Below, in pieces: positions 42,450 to 55,780 of a stretch of DNA of 64,000 nt (position 1 is its first letter; each line of letters opens with the position of its first letter). The notes beneath the pieces were generated by a model. It was not told where the DNA came from, did not search any database, and was given only the letters and a program-made list of their open reading frames with translations. Made by a program: the position numbers and the translations under genes. Source of the DNA: Octopus vulgaris (Eukaryota). The stretch spans positions 193,750,001 to 193,814,000 of the forward strand of contig OX597814.1 in assembly GCA_951406725.2 (NCBI GenBank), given 5' to 3'.

Positions 42450-42685
42450 ATGATATCAGACGACGAGGCCTCGGCCACGTATGGGACAGGCCGTGATTGC
42501 CGTTGCTTTGGCCACGAAAGTACCGAAGGTGGCCATGTGGTTACAGGTGGGGCCGGTGTGATGAGCGGCGACAACGGTTCGCTGTCACCGTCACGCCGTG
42601 TGTACACTATTTTATTGTTATTACTGCTGTGGGGGTGTGTATACACAGTACACGCTGAGAATACCGGACACCTTGCAAACACACC
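42450..42685 (+). CDS. Probable first coding exon of a secreted or membrane protein (signal peptide); product unknown
   Basis: Unique GC-rich sequence; MISDD..MSGDNGSLSPSRRVYTILLLLLLWGCVYTVHA|ENTGHLANTP; strong donor ACC|GTGAGT at 42686 (phase 2); alternative ATG at 42561. Confidence 0.7.
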
Positions 42686-42791
42686 GTGAGTACAGCTTTA
42701 TTTATACACTTTTATATTTAAATGCACACACGCACGCAAAAGCATCGTACGTGTGTGTGTATACGTGTGTTTATATATGTATGTAGATGCG

Positions 42792-43101
42792 AGGCGGCGA
42801 GCTGGCAGAATCGTTAGCACGCCGGGCGAAATGCTTTGCGGTATTTCGTCTGCCGTTACGTTCTGGGTTCAAATTCCGCCGAGGTCGACTTTGCCTTTCA
42901 TCCTTTCGGGGTCGATAAATTAAGTACCAGTTACGCACTGGGGTCGATGTAATCGACTTAATCCCTTTGTCTGTCCTTGCTTGCCCCCTTTGTGTTTAGC
43001 CCCTTGTGGGTAGTAAAGAAATATATATATGTATGTATGTAGATGTGTGTATATATGTGCTTGTATTTGTGTCTGCGCGCGTATGTGCGTGCGTTTGTGT
43101 G

Positions 43102-43151
<50 letters not shown>

Positions 43152-43345
43152 AGGCGAGCTGGCAGAAACGTTACCACGCCGGGCGAAATGCTTAGCCGTA
43201 CTTCGTCTGTCTTTACGTTCTGAGTTCAAATTCTGCTATGGTCGACTTTGCCTTTCATCCTTTCGGGGTCGATAAATTAAGTACCAGTTTCGTACTGGGG
43301 TCGATCTAATCGACTGGCACCCTCCCCCAAAATTTCGGGCCTATA
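42792..43345 (+). mobile_element. Two SINE family M copies with different tails
   Basis: 42792-43023 (TSD tatatatgtatgtagatg) and 43152-43345 (tail ctggcaccctcccccaaaatttcgggcc). Confidence 0.88.
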
Positions 43346-44103
43346 CATGTATGTATGTATAGGGTTCAGTGCATTGATCTGCGTGGGGAGGTGGGGTTAC
43401 AGTGCTGTTACGACGGCTATCTATTTATATATATATATATTGAATTTCGGGATGGTCATTTTTTATTTTGTCAAATTCACAAACGTGTGTCTGTGTATAT
43501 ATGTATATTCATTTTGTTGTGCTGACTGGGACTTCGAAGCTGAGCTTATTGGCGAACCTACATGTGCACATATTACGCATGTTTTTATGTATAAAGTATG
43601 ATTTTTATATATACTCTTTTACTCTCTTTTACTTGTTTCAGTCAGTTGAGTGCGGCCATGCTGGAGCACCGCCTTTAGTCGAGCAACTCGACCCCTGATT
43701 TATATATATTATTATATGATTTATATATATATTGCATGAGTGTTTGTATGTGTGTGTATGTTGTGCATCTAAACATACATGCAAGCACATACACATATCC
43801 GTGCGCACACACACACACACATAAATACACACACACATACATACATGCATAGATGCATGCATACATACTTGTAAGTATGTGTAAACACTTGCAAGAGACC
43901 CGGATAAATTCTATCCCTATATCAACAATCACACCCACCTATATACGTACAAGTGTGTCTATATATAAAACACATGTATTAATATACGTGACATATATGT
44001 GTGTGATTACATGCGCCCTCGCATAACCTATGGTGTGGTTCAAGACGTCTGCATGTACGTGTCGTGTTGCATAAATATACATACATACACATATATATAA
44101 ATA

Positions 44104-44143
<40 letters not shown>

Positions 44144-44205
44144 TATATATATGCATACATATATACACACTTACACTCATACACATATACATACATATGC
44201 ATATT

Positions 44206-44261
<56 letters not shown>

Positions 44262-44272
44262 GTATACGCTGG

Positions 44273-44389
44273 AATCCCTGAAGAAGCTTTGTAACTAAAT
44301 GCATTTATTGACAATTATCTAATTATCAATTTGATTAACTAATTAAAATAGATTTACTCTTAGTAATTAAGCAGAAACATATGTCGGAA
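44273..44389 (+). ncRNA. Hammerhead-like motif with a very long stem II insert
   Basis: tcc ctgaaga agctt-[~80 nt AT-rich]-aagca gaaa catatg tc gga; palindromic stem III acatatgt, GUC site. Confidence 0.55.
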
Positions 44390-44581
44390 AATTATTTATC
44401 TATATGGATAAATAAATAAAGGATTATTATATCTGTTTTCATTGTCTACCTTATTACATTTTCTCGGGACCTACTACATTATGTATTTTAACTGGAATTA
44501 ATACTGTGTGTGCTCAAAACCAAAGTTGTGACTGAATTGATATGTACCTGGACTTGTCTCCCGACTTTGTTTTATATATAT

Positions 44582-44800
44582 ACTCTTTTACTCTTTTACT
44601 TGTTTCAGTCATTTAACTGCGACCATGCTGGAGAACCGCCTTTAATCGAGCAACTCGACCCCGGGACTTATTCTTTTGTAAGCCCAGTACTTATGCTATC
44701 GGTCTCTTTTGCCGAACCGCTAAGTAACGGGGACATAAACACACCAGCATCGGTTGTCAAGCAATGCTAGGGGGACAAACACAGACACACAAACACACAC

Positions 44801-44880
<80 letters not shown>

Positions 44881-45023
44881 GACAGGCTTCTTTTCAGTTT
44901 CCTTCTACCAAATCCAATCACAAGGCTTTGGTCGGCCCGAGGCCATAGTAGAAGACACTTGCCCAAGGTGCCACGCAGTGGGACTGAACCCGGAACCATG
45001 TGATTGGTAAACATGCTACTTAC

Positions 45024-45026
<3 letters not shown>
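44582..45026 (-). mobile_element. SINE family C
   Basis: Antisense copy with a long internal (TA)n. Confidence 0.9.
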
Positions 45027-45117
<91 letters not shown>

Positions 45118-45119
45118 TG

Positions 45120-45330
45120 TATGGTCAATGCAAATCAATAAACAATTAAAAAACGAAAATAAACGAACCTGTGGACGTGCACAGGAAATATATTAATTTG
45201 ACGTTCGGTGAAGGGAGAGATTTGCTTTTAACGTTTCGAGCATAGCTCTTCGTCGGAAACAGGAAAGCCTAAAGAGAAGGATGGAAAAATATGGAAAAAA
45301 TCGCCAACAGTCCATGTGCGGTTACCTAAC
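45120..45330 (-). mobile_element. Family H2 repeat with a hammerhead-like motif (45226-45260)
   Basis: Minus strand: gttt ccgacga agagc-tat-gctc gaaa cgtt aaaa; homologous to 30620-30840. Confidence 0.7.
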
Positions 45331-45429
45331 CAGTGAGGGCTTCCCTCCATGTGGCTACTCAACGTGTTAGAAATAGCAGTTAAACCACCATCACATCACA
45401 ACCTGCATGCTATCTTCAAAAATATATAG

Positions 45430-45790
45430 ACGCAGGAGTGGCTGTGTGGTAAGTAGCTTACTTACCAACCACTTGATTCCGGGTTCAATCCCACTGCGTT
45501 GAACCTTGGGCGAGTGCCTTCTCGGCCGACCAAAGCCTTGTGAGTGGATTTGGTTGACGGAGATTGAAAGAATCCTACACGTGTGATTGTATGTGTCTGG
45601 TGGGGGGGGTCTCATCGCTTGACAACCGATGTTGGTGTGTTTACGTCCCCGTAACTTAGCGTTTCGGCAAAAGAGAACCGATAGAATAAGTAAGTAATAG
45701 GTTTACAAAGAATAAGTCCTGGGGGTCGATTTGTTCGACCTAAAGGCGGTGCTCCAGCATGGCTGCAGTCAAATTGACTGAAACACATAA
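45430..45790 (+). mobile_element. SINE family C
   Basis: Head gacgcaggagtggctgtgtggtaag, family C body. Confidence 0.88.
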
Positions 45791-46477
45791 AAAAAAAAAT
45801 AATTGAATTATGTGTGTGGAAACAAGACGAGGTTTGACAAGCTAAAATGTTTTTTGATCATAGGTCTGACTACGTGATCTGGGTTACCCTGGGGGGTTAC
45901 ACAACAATAACACCAACAACACCGACCAAGGGTCTCTCGCAACACAGAACTGGCCCTCCTTCGCCCCCCACCCCCACCCCGCCTTCTCCCATCGCTAGAC
46001 AAACGTCCTGTTACCATCCATCAGACATAAATAATCAGCCCTTCTCCAGGCAAAGTTCACATGCAGACACGACGTATATCATAATACACACACACGCACA
46101 CACACACACACACACCACCTCACCGGGTATAATCCACCCCGATACGCGAAAGGAACCTCCACCCATCCGACTCAAGTTGTTAAGTTGCAAAATTGGTAAA
46201 ATAGTAAATTGCTGTTGTTGTTGCTGTAATTATTGTTGCTGGAGGTAATTGTAGTGGTGGTGGTGGTGGTGGTGGTGGTAGTGGTGCTGGTGGTGGTACT
46301 GGTGGTGGTTGGTGGTGTTGCCACAGCTGCCCTTGTTGCTGCTGCTGTTGTTGTTGTTGTTGTTGTTGGGGGTGATAATGGTGGTGGAGGTGATGATGGT
46401 GGTGGTGGTAGTAGTGGTGCTGGTGCTAGTGCTGGTGATGTTGGTGGTTGGTAGTGTTGCTACAGCTACAGCTGCCG

Positions 46478-46509
<32 letters not shown>

Positions 46510-47093
46510 GGTGGTGGTGGTGGTGGTGGTGGTGGTGGTCGTCGTCGTCGTCGTCGTGGTGATGCTGATGCTGATGCTGATGCTGATGCTGATGGTGCTG
46601 GTGGTGGCTGTGATAGTGGTGCTGCTGTTGTTGCCGTTGCTGCCGCTGCTGTCGTTGTTACTGCTGTTCTTGTTGTTGCTACCGTTGTTATTGCTGCTGT
46701 AATTATTTTCATTGTTGCTGCTTCTGCTGTTGTTACTGTTGTTGTTCTTCATACTGCTGCTGCTGTTGAATGATGTTATTATCATAGCTGTTGGTTGCTG
46801 TTGTTGTTGTTGTTGTTGCTGTTGCTGTTGCTGTAACTCCAGTGAAGCCTGACGAAACAGACTGTCACGGCGGTGGAGGCGGCGGTGGAGGCGGCGGCGG
46901 CGGCGGTGGCAGGGGCGGGACGGCGACGGCGATGTTATGGTAATGATGATGTTGAGGCGATGATGTGGTAGTGGTGCGGTGATGCTGAAATATGTGACTA
47001 TAGTAGTAGTGTGGTGTGGTGCGGTATAGCATGACTATAGCGACGATGGTGTGTTGTGCTGGGGATGGGATGGAAAGTTAAACAAGTACTTAA

Positions 47094-47376
47094 CAAGAAG
47101 AAGAAGATGAAGAAGAAGAAGATGAAGAAGAAGAAGAAGAAGAAGAAGAAGAAGAAGACGAAGAAAAAGAAGAAGAAGAAGAAGAAGAAGAAGAAGAAGA
47201 AGGAGGAGGAGGAGGAGGAGGAGGAGAAGAAGAAGAAGAAGAAGAAGAAGAAGAAGAAGAAGAAGAAGGAGGAGACGGAGGAGGAGGAGGAGGAGGAGGA
47301 GGAGGAGGAGGAGGAGGAGAAGAAGAAGAAGAAGAAGAAGAAGAAGAAGAAGAAGAAGAAGAAGAAGAAGAAGAAA
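47094..47376. repeat. Polypurine (AAG)n/(GAG)n tract
   Basis: Direct reading. Confidence 0.97.
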
Positions 47377-47494
47377 CCACTTCTGTTTCAGATTTTTGGA
47401 AACAATTTTAGGGATTAATTCCTTCTGCCATTTTTACAAATTTACATGAATTTACGACGGGAAGAACAGAAGTGTGACTAATTTCGTTTGCAAC

Positions 47495-47965
47495 GCTGGC
47501 AGAATCGTTAACGCGTCGGGAAAAATGCTTAGCAGTATTTCGTCAGTTTTTACGTTCTGAGTTCAAATTCCGCCGAGGTCGACCTTACTGTTCATCCTTT
47601 CGGGGTCGATAAATTAAGTACCAGTTACGCACTGGGGTCGATATAATCGACTTAATCTGTTTGTCTGTCCTTGTTTGTCCTCTCTGTGTTTAGCCCCTTG
47701 TGGGTAGTAAAGAAATTAGTATTTCGTCCGCTTTTACGTTCTGAGTTCAAATTCCGCCGAGGTCGACCTTGTCGTTCATCCTTTTGAGGTCGATAAAATA
47801 AGTAACAGTTAAGTACTGGGGTCGATGTAATCGATTCATCTGCATCCCCAACACCGATCTTGCTGGCCTTGTGCCAAAATTTGAATTCTATAAGTCCGTC
47901 TACGCAACTGGTACTTAATTTATCGACCCCGAAAGGATGAAAAGCAAAGTCGACCTCGGCGGAAA
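47495..47965 (+). mobile_element. SINE family M dimer plus a short antisense fragment
   Basis: Body repeated after aaagaaattagtatttcgtc; inverted fragment at 47902-47965. Confidence 0.85.
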
Positions 47966-48813
47966 TACATAAATATTAAAATATATTTTCTAATTTTGGC
48001 TCTAGGTCAACAGCAATTTTGAGGCGAGCGGAAGTTGATTTCACTGGTCCCCAGTACTTAACAGGTACTTTATTTAATTGACCCCTGGCGGAATTAAAGG
48101 CAGCATTAGACTTCGGCAGCATTTGATACCAGAAGCAAAAGAACCTGAAGAACTGTCTCTCACCGCTTTAATAAATACTTGAAAAATAAGGAGGTGGGGC
48201 GAGTAAACTACTCCTTTTTCTCTCCCATAGTGTATGGAACTTCGAAGTGCAATTATTCCAAAACCCGCTTTTTATAGTAAACTTAATACATCGTTCCGTT
48301 ATAAACTGGACATTGGGTTCTGAGAAGAAATTCCTTCCTTTCTACTCCAACAGCCAGTCGTGGATACCCTGGAAAAGAAAGTGTTATGGGCTCGGTTCTT
48401 CCACTGATGACTAATCCATTAACGGTATAAAATCTAAATGGAGATAGATTAATTATCGATAACGATTATCGAAATATATTAAGAGATTATCTATATCACA
48501 CTTGTGACAACAAATTTAATCGCCACGCTATTATTGTAAGCGATAAGAAGCAAAGTGGGTGGAAACTTGAGACAGTCACAGCGAAACCTGTGTGCGCATG
48601 TGTGAGTGTGTGGGGGGGGGGGGGGGACTGTGTGTGTGTGTGTGGGACTGTGTGTGTGTGATTTATATTTTTCTGTTTTTTTTTTTATTTGTTTTGTTAT
48701 CTTGTTTTATTTTTCACCTTTTTTTTGATTGGTAGAAAATTACGTGATTCAAGGACAGAAAATTTCGTGCACGGCACCATTTGCTTGTTTGTTCTATCCA
48801 AACCTATATATAC

Positions 48814-48846
<33 letters not shown>

Positions 48847-48874
48847 CAGACAGATACATACATACATACGTACA

Positions 48875-49245
48875 AAAATATCCTGTTGTTGATGTTGAAA
48901 TTCCAATGCAGGGGCCTTGGATCTAGATTAGAAACAGGCTCTTTCTCTATTGGCAAGAAATCTTGAAATAAAACTGAACAATGGCATACATACATGCACG
49001 CCTACATACATAGATACATAGATACATACACACATACATACATGCATACACGCACGTATGCGCACATACATAGATAGATACATACATGCATACATACATG
49101 CACGCACACATACATAGATATATACACACATACATACGTGCATGCATACACGCACGTATGCGCACATGCATACATACATACATACATACACACACACATA
49201 CATACATACATACATACATACATACATACATACATACATACATAA

Positions 49246-49276
<31 letters not shown>

Positions 49277-49540
49277 CATACATACATACATACATACATA
49301 CATGCAAATATATAGTTGCATGTCTAGACATGCAACTATATGCATGAGAATAAATACATAAAACAAATTATGCATATCTGCATATGCACAGACTCGAAAT
49401 ATTGTACATATACACACAATTATATACAATAACCCTTGCTAATGTTGTTGAAATTCCAATGAAGAAGCTCTAGAACTAGGTCAGAAACCAGCTCTTTCCC
49501 TACTGGCAAGAAATCTTGAAATAAAACTGAATGATAACAT
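48875..49540 (+). mobile_element. Two 3'UTR fragments of the ATAC-associated RLE LINE
   Basis: tgttgaaattccaatg..ggcaagaaatcttgaaataaaactgaa at ~48890 and ~49445; homologous to the reverse complement of 20862-20965. Confidence 0.8.
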
Positions 49541-49643
49541 ACACCCACGCTGTGCATACTACATAAATATATACAGGATCTCACTGCCGACTGTTTTTGT
49601 TGTATTAACATCTTGGAACATTCAATATTGTGTGTTTGATTAA

Positions 49644-50058
49644 TGGCGGCGAGTTGGCAGAAATGTTAGCACGCTGGACGAAATACTTAGCCGTATTTGT
49701 CTGTCTTTACGTTCTGAGTTCAAATTACGCCGAGGTCGACTTTGCCTTTTAACCTTTCGGGGTTCGATAAATTAAGTACCAGTTATGCACTGGGATCGAT
49801 ATAATCGACTTAATCCGTTTGTCTGTCCTTGTTTGTCCCCTCTATGTTTAGCTCCTTGTGGGTAGTAAAGAAATAGGTATTTCGTCTGACGCTACGTTCT
49901 GAGTTCAAATTCCGCCGAGGTCGACTTTGCCTTTCATCCTTTCGGGGTCGATTAAATAAGTATCAATTACGCACTGGGGTCGATCTAATCGACTTAATCC
50001 GTTTTGTCTGTCCTTGTTTGTCCCCTCTGTGTTTAGCCCCCTTTGGGCAATAAAGAAA
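49644..50058 (+). mobile_element. SINE family M with a duplicated body
   Basis: Junction aaagaaataggtatttcgtc; imperfect TSD tcaatatt..gtgtttg. Confidence 0.9.
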
Positions 50059-50352
50059 CACTCAATATTATTGAGTGTTTGTTTTTAAAGGTCTCCTCAA
50101 GAGGGTACCCTCACAGCGTTCAATAATCACATAAATTTACGCTCAAACGCACGCACACACACATGTCTCTGATGTACTTTCACACATATACACACACACG
50201 GATGCACACCCACACAACCCATGCGCACACATAGATGCGCGCACACTCTCACTCTCACTCACACACACACATACGCGCATACTCCCATGACACACACACA
50301 CACACACACACACACGCACGCACACACACACACACACACACACACGCACGCA

Positions 50353-50413
<61 letters not shown>

Positions 50414-51921
50414 TCGAACACAAATGCGCTGAATGTTTCAAGTGCTATTGATAAGTTAAGCCTTTTCAGATGCTTGAAATAGAAAGATGAGAGAGAAAGA
50501 ATAAGACGGTGAGAAGGGAAAAGGAGACAGAGAGGGAGAGAGAGAGAAAGGAGGAAGAAATCTGTTTCCTTTTTATACCTTTAGTGTGTTAAGGCGCGTG
50601 GCCCAGTGGTTAGGGTGTTGCGCCCACAATCGTTAAAGCTCGAGTTCGATTCCTGGATCTCGCGTTGTGTTCTTGAGGAAAACACTTCATTTCACGTTAC
50701 TTTACAAATGGGACCGTGGCGGAATCCTTGACGTGTCGGCGGAAATGCTTTACGTTCTATATATCTTCCGGTCTTCTATATTTCTGAGTTCAAATCCCAC
50801 CTGGCTTGCAAAGGCAACGAGGAAACCACTCCAGTTTTCATCTCAAAGCCGAAGCTCCAGTAATCTATTTAACGGTAACTGAGAGAGAGGGTACCTCCCC
50901 CGGGAGCGCATGGTATACTGGAGGAGGGTCACATGCACAGGACCTGCTCACGGAAAGACCACCGCTCGGCTAGACCTTGAAGGGAGAGAAAGAGAACCGT
51001 GACGTTTGGGGGCAGGAACTTTCGTCAGGAGTATCGCAGTGCTGTTAAGGAAATTCGCTTTGAAAATCGTGATTTCGATTTCGATACCACTATACCATAC
51101 ATTGGACAAGTATCTAACTGCCATTGACACAGGCCTGTCTGCAAGGTTTATGAGTGACCATTTGGTGGACGGAAACTGTGTGGAAGCCTGTCTGAAGGAC
51201 TTATACCTTGTTTTGACTGGTAGAATTAATTCACAGACTAGTTTAACACCAACACCACCACTACCATTCGGGCCAAAGTTTTCTGTGGGAAATTCATTCA
51301 GGTTGAAGTTTCCAAATAGTTATTGCTCTCTCATGAAAGGGGGGGGGACAAGGAGTTGAATGGAAAGTAATTGTAAGGCTGGTGTTTTGTTTTTGTTTTT
51401 GTTTTATATTTTGTTTGTTTTTTGTTTTGTTTCTTTTTATTCCCATCTTTCCCACAATGGGAATTGCATTTCTGGAAGAATTTTTCAAGAATTTCTTCTT
51501 TTTATTTATTTTTTTTATCTTTAACATTTTTGCCCCCACCCCCACCCCGACTCCCAATTCTGTTCCCTTTTTTTTATTTCCCATGAGATAGTGATCGCTA
51601 TTCCAAAACTTCACCCCGTTCTATTATTGCATTCTCTGATTTGAGGATCATCCAGTTCAACACCACCACTTGGGTACCGTTAGCCAAGACCATTGCGTTG
51701 CATACATCCCGACTAAACCACCGCCCTTCAAGAAAACAAGCCCTTTTCTTCCCTCAGAGACTCTGCAAAGTAATGCTTTTCCTCCTGATAAAACAAACAA
51801 ACCCCAAAAAACAACTTCCTTCCTACCTCCAGTCACTACCGAACTGGAGAGGGTCTTGGCCTGCTGCCCACCCTAAGCCGTTAAAATATATCGCATTTAA
51901 AAGCTGTACGTTAGGCTGAAA

Positions 51922-52311
51922 TGTGGAAGCACTCCGTCGGTTACGACGATGAGGGATCCGGTTGATCCGAATCAACGGAACAGCCTGCTCGTGAAATTAA
52001 CATGTAAGTGGCTGAGCACTCCACAGACACGTGTACCCTTAACGTAGTTCTCGGGGATATTCAGCGTGACACAGAGAGTGACAAGGCCGGCACTTTGAAA
52101 ATACAGGTACAACAGAAACAGGAAGTAAGAGTGAGAGAAAGTTGTGGTGAAAGAGTACAGCAGGGATCACCACCATCCCCTGCCGGAGCCTCGTGGAGCT
52201 TTTTAGGTGTTTTCGCTCAATAAACACTCACAACGCCCGGTCTGGGAATCGAAACCGCGATACTATGACCGCGAGTCTGCTGCTCTAACCACTGGGCCAT
52301 TGCGCCTCCAC
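51922..52311 (-). mobile_element. SINE family R with alternative 3' body
   Basis: Reverse complement of 63652-64000; TSD aggctgaa(a/g)tgt. Confidence 0.9.
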
Positions 52312-52859
52312 AGGCTGAAGTGTATCAGTATGATGTTTCCAGTGCAGACGATCGCTAGTTTCTTCCGTTACATTCTAATGTATTACCTAGATATATACGA
52401 CTCAAGTGTCTGACTCTTGTTTGTATGTATGTATGTATGTATGTATGTATGTATGTATGTATGACAGCCTGTATCGTTTTATCTAGCTGTCAGTCAATCG
52501 TTCATCTATTTATCTATCTACTTAAGTATGTTTCTACTTGAGTATGTAACTACTTATGTATGTTTATACATGCATATGTACATATCTTTACGTATCTGTA
52601 TGTTTATCTCCTTAAGACATCTATTTAGTTTGTCTATCTATCCAATCTATCTACCCATAGCTCAATCTATCGACCCAACTATTTATCAATCTATCTTTCT
52701 TTCTTTCTATTTATTGACCTATCTGTCTGTTTGTCTGATAATCTGCCTATTTGTCTATGTATCTATCTATCTATCATCCATTTTATCCATATATCCATTT
52801 ATCTTTCTATTTACCTAACTCTTTGTCATCCATTTTATCTAGCTTTCTATCTATCTAGC

Positions 52860-53145
52860 TGTGGAGGCGCAATGGCCCAGTGGTTAGGACAGCGGACTCG
52901 CGGTTGGATGATCGCCGTTTCGATTCCCCGACCGGGCTTTGTGTGTGTTTATTGAACGAAAACTCCTAAAAGCTCCACGAGGCTCCGACAGAGGGTGGTG
53001 GCAACCACTGTTGTACTCTTTCTCTCACTCCCTCTTCCTGGTTCTTGAGTAACGTTGCGATGGACTGGCGTCCCGTCCAGCTGGGGGAAACATATACGCC
53101 ACAGAAACCGGGAAACCGGGACCATGAGCCTGGCTAGGCTTGATA
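52860..53145 (+). mobile_element. SINE family R (V-domain-like)
   Basis: tgtggaggcgcaatggcccagtggttagg..gcgatggactggcgtcccgtccag. Confidence 0.88.
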
Positions 53146-54570
53146 ATGGCGATGTTTTTTTTATCTATCTATCTACCATCCATTTTATCCATCTATCTTT
53201 CTATTTACCAAAATATTTGTCATCCATTTTATCTATCTATCTATAATCCATTTTATCTTGGTCATTCCCTAAAGTGATAAGGGTAGGAGGATTTGTGTCT
53301 TATAACAAAAAGACCGTGTCCAATATCTATAAACACCAGCCCGCGTATGACTTTCAATTCACAGTTTGCTTTGTGGTTTTGAGTTCAATTGCACTGCACG
53401 AAACCTTGGGCAAGTGTGTCTTCAACTACAAGCTCAGACCAATCAATGCATTGTGAGTGAATTTGGTAGATGAAAACTGCATAGAAGCCCATCGTATGTA
53501 TGTGGTGGGGGCATGTTTTTGTGTTTGTGTTTGTCACTCCACCGCCGCTTGACAATCGGTATTGGTTTATTTACGTCCCCCGTAACTTAACAGTTCGGAA
53601 AAAGACAGCGATAGAATAAATACAGACTTTTAAAAAAAAGCTTATGTCCTGGGGTCGGTTTTATTCCACTAAAAATTTTCAAGTCGATGCCCCAACATGG
53701 CCGCAGTCCAATGACTGAAACAAGTGAAACAGTGGCGCTCAACCATATTTTAGCTATGACCTTCTTTGATTCCCATTTTGGACCGTCCTAGCAGTTCCAT
53801 GTTTAAACAATCCTATTATATTTTTATAATCAAATATTATTCGTAAAGATTATTTGCCAACATAATGTGGCTGCCCTGATTAGGACGATTGTTACTGTTA
53901 TTTAGCTCCAGGAAACATCGTCTCCAGCTGGCTATGCGACACACTATCTGCGCCTTTATATTTTCGAACAAGGGAGTAGTAGTGGTGGTGGTGGTGGTGG
54001 TGGTGATGGTGGTGGTGACGGCGGTGGTGGTGTTAGTTTTTATTGTAACGGTTGTAACAGATACAGCTATAATAGTGTTGAAGGTGGTGATAGTGGTGGT
54101 GGTGGTTTGTAGTAGTAGTATCAGTAGTAGTAGTAGGGATGGCGGTGGTGGTGGTGGTGCTCTTTTTTTATATTTTAGCGTTTGTAATAGATACAGCTAT
54201 AATGGCGGCGGCCGTGGTATGAGTAGCAGTTGTGGTGGTGGTGATGGTGATGGTGGTGATGGTGATGGTGATGGTGGCGGCTGTGGTAGTAGGTTTGTGT
54301 GTGGCGGGCCCTCAGGGGTCAGTGTCCTGATGGTGCAGCAGACAGGTGCAACCAGCGATTGTGTTGACAGTTAATAGCAATTGCCTTCACCGGTTCACCG
54401 CTGTACATGCAGACATGCAAATAACAGATGAAAGGCAACAAGGAAGTCACTTTATTCCCTTCACTGTCCAAGCTGTCTACATTGCTGCAGTTGTTGTTGT
54501 TGTTGCTGTTGGTGTTGTTGTTTTTAGCTCCCAGATTCTGCTTTGATTTGAGGAAACCTAACATGAAAGG

Positions 54571-54622
<52 letters not shown>

Positions 54623-55364
54623 GCCAAGAGCATTTCGTCTTTTATTCACCGGGATCCCGTTTCCCAATGTGTCCCTTTAGCTAAGACGGTAGGTTGTGAT
54701 TTGAGGAAGAACTTTTTTTTTATGTTTTGCTGCTATTTCTAGCAGATCGTGCGACCACGTTGATGCGCTTCTGTTATTAGTTCTACTGACAGACACTACT
54801 ACTGCTGGTGATATTGGATGTGGTGGTGGTGGTTCTGCTGCTGGTGCTGGTGCTACTGGTAGTGGTGGTGGTGGTGGTGGTGGTGGTGGTACTGGTGCTC
54901 TAGCTGCTGCTGCTGCTGATGATGATGATGATGGTACAGCTGCTGCTGATGATGATGATTGTTGTTGTTGTTGTTAAGCAACAAGACGGATAAGGGTGAT
55001 TAGGTGATGGTCTAGGGCTTAGGGGCGGGAGACCCCAGACCTTGGGGGAAAAAAAAAACTTTGGTTGTCTTGTTGTAGTCGAGGGCTCTTCGTTGACGCC
55101 CGACACCACTGGGAGGTGGCCCTCGAAGTCGCTGGAAATGGAGATCTCCAGGTTCAAATTCTTGAACGGCTGGTGGTGGTGGTGGTGGTGGCAGAGGTGG
55201 CATTAGTGGTGATGATGGTGATCGTGGTAAACAAAGTGGTTTCAGTAACAGAATAGCAGTTGCTCTTTCTCTATACTTACCGTAAATGATGACATAGAAG
55301 ACGCACAGGCATAATAAAACGTACTCTAAGTTCAGCAGCGCATAATCAGGAAACAAGTTCATAG

Positions 55365-55533
55365 TGCAGGTGTGGCTGTGTGGTAAGTAGCTTGCTAATC
55401 AACCACATGGTTCCGGGTTCAGTCCCACTGCGTGGCATCTTGGGCAAGTGTCTTCTGCTGTAGCCCCGGGCCGACCAATGCCTTGTGAGTGGATTTGGTA
55501 GACGGAAACTGAAAGAAGCCTGTCGTATATATG

Positions 55534-55572
<39 letters not shown>

Positions 55573-55780
55573 TTGTGTGTCTGTGTTTGTCCCCCTAGCA
55601 TTGCTTGACAACCGGTGCTGGTGTGTTTATGTCCCCGTCATTTGGCGGTTCGGCAAGGGAGACCGATAGAGTAAGTACTGGGCTTGCAAAGAGTGAGTCC
55701 CGGGGTCGATTTGCTCGACTAAAGGCGGTGCTCCAGCATGGCCGCAGTCAATTGACTGAAACAAGTAAACGAGTAACGAG
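55365..55780 (+). mobile_element. SINE family C
   Basis: Full-length copy. Confidence 0.9.

Noticed and set aside
47094-47376. Lys/Glu-rich ORF
   Set aside because: A pure AAG/GAG microsatellite; at most triplex-forming DNA
55079-55256. Possible phase-2 second exon (RGLFVDARHHWEVALEVAG..)
   Set aside because: Phase compatibility is a 1-in-3 coincidence; no good donor, it runs into GTG repeats, and no recognisable domain
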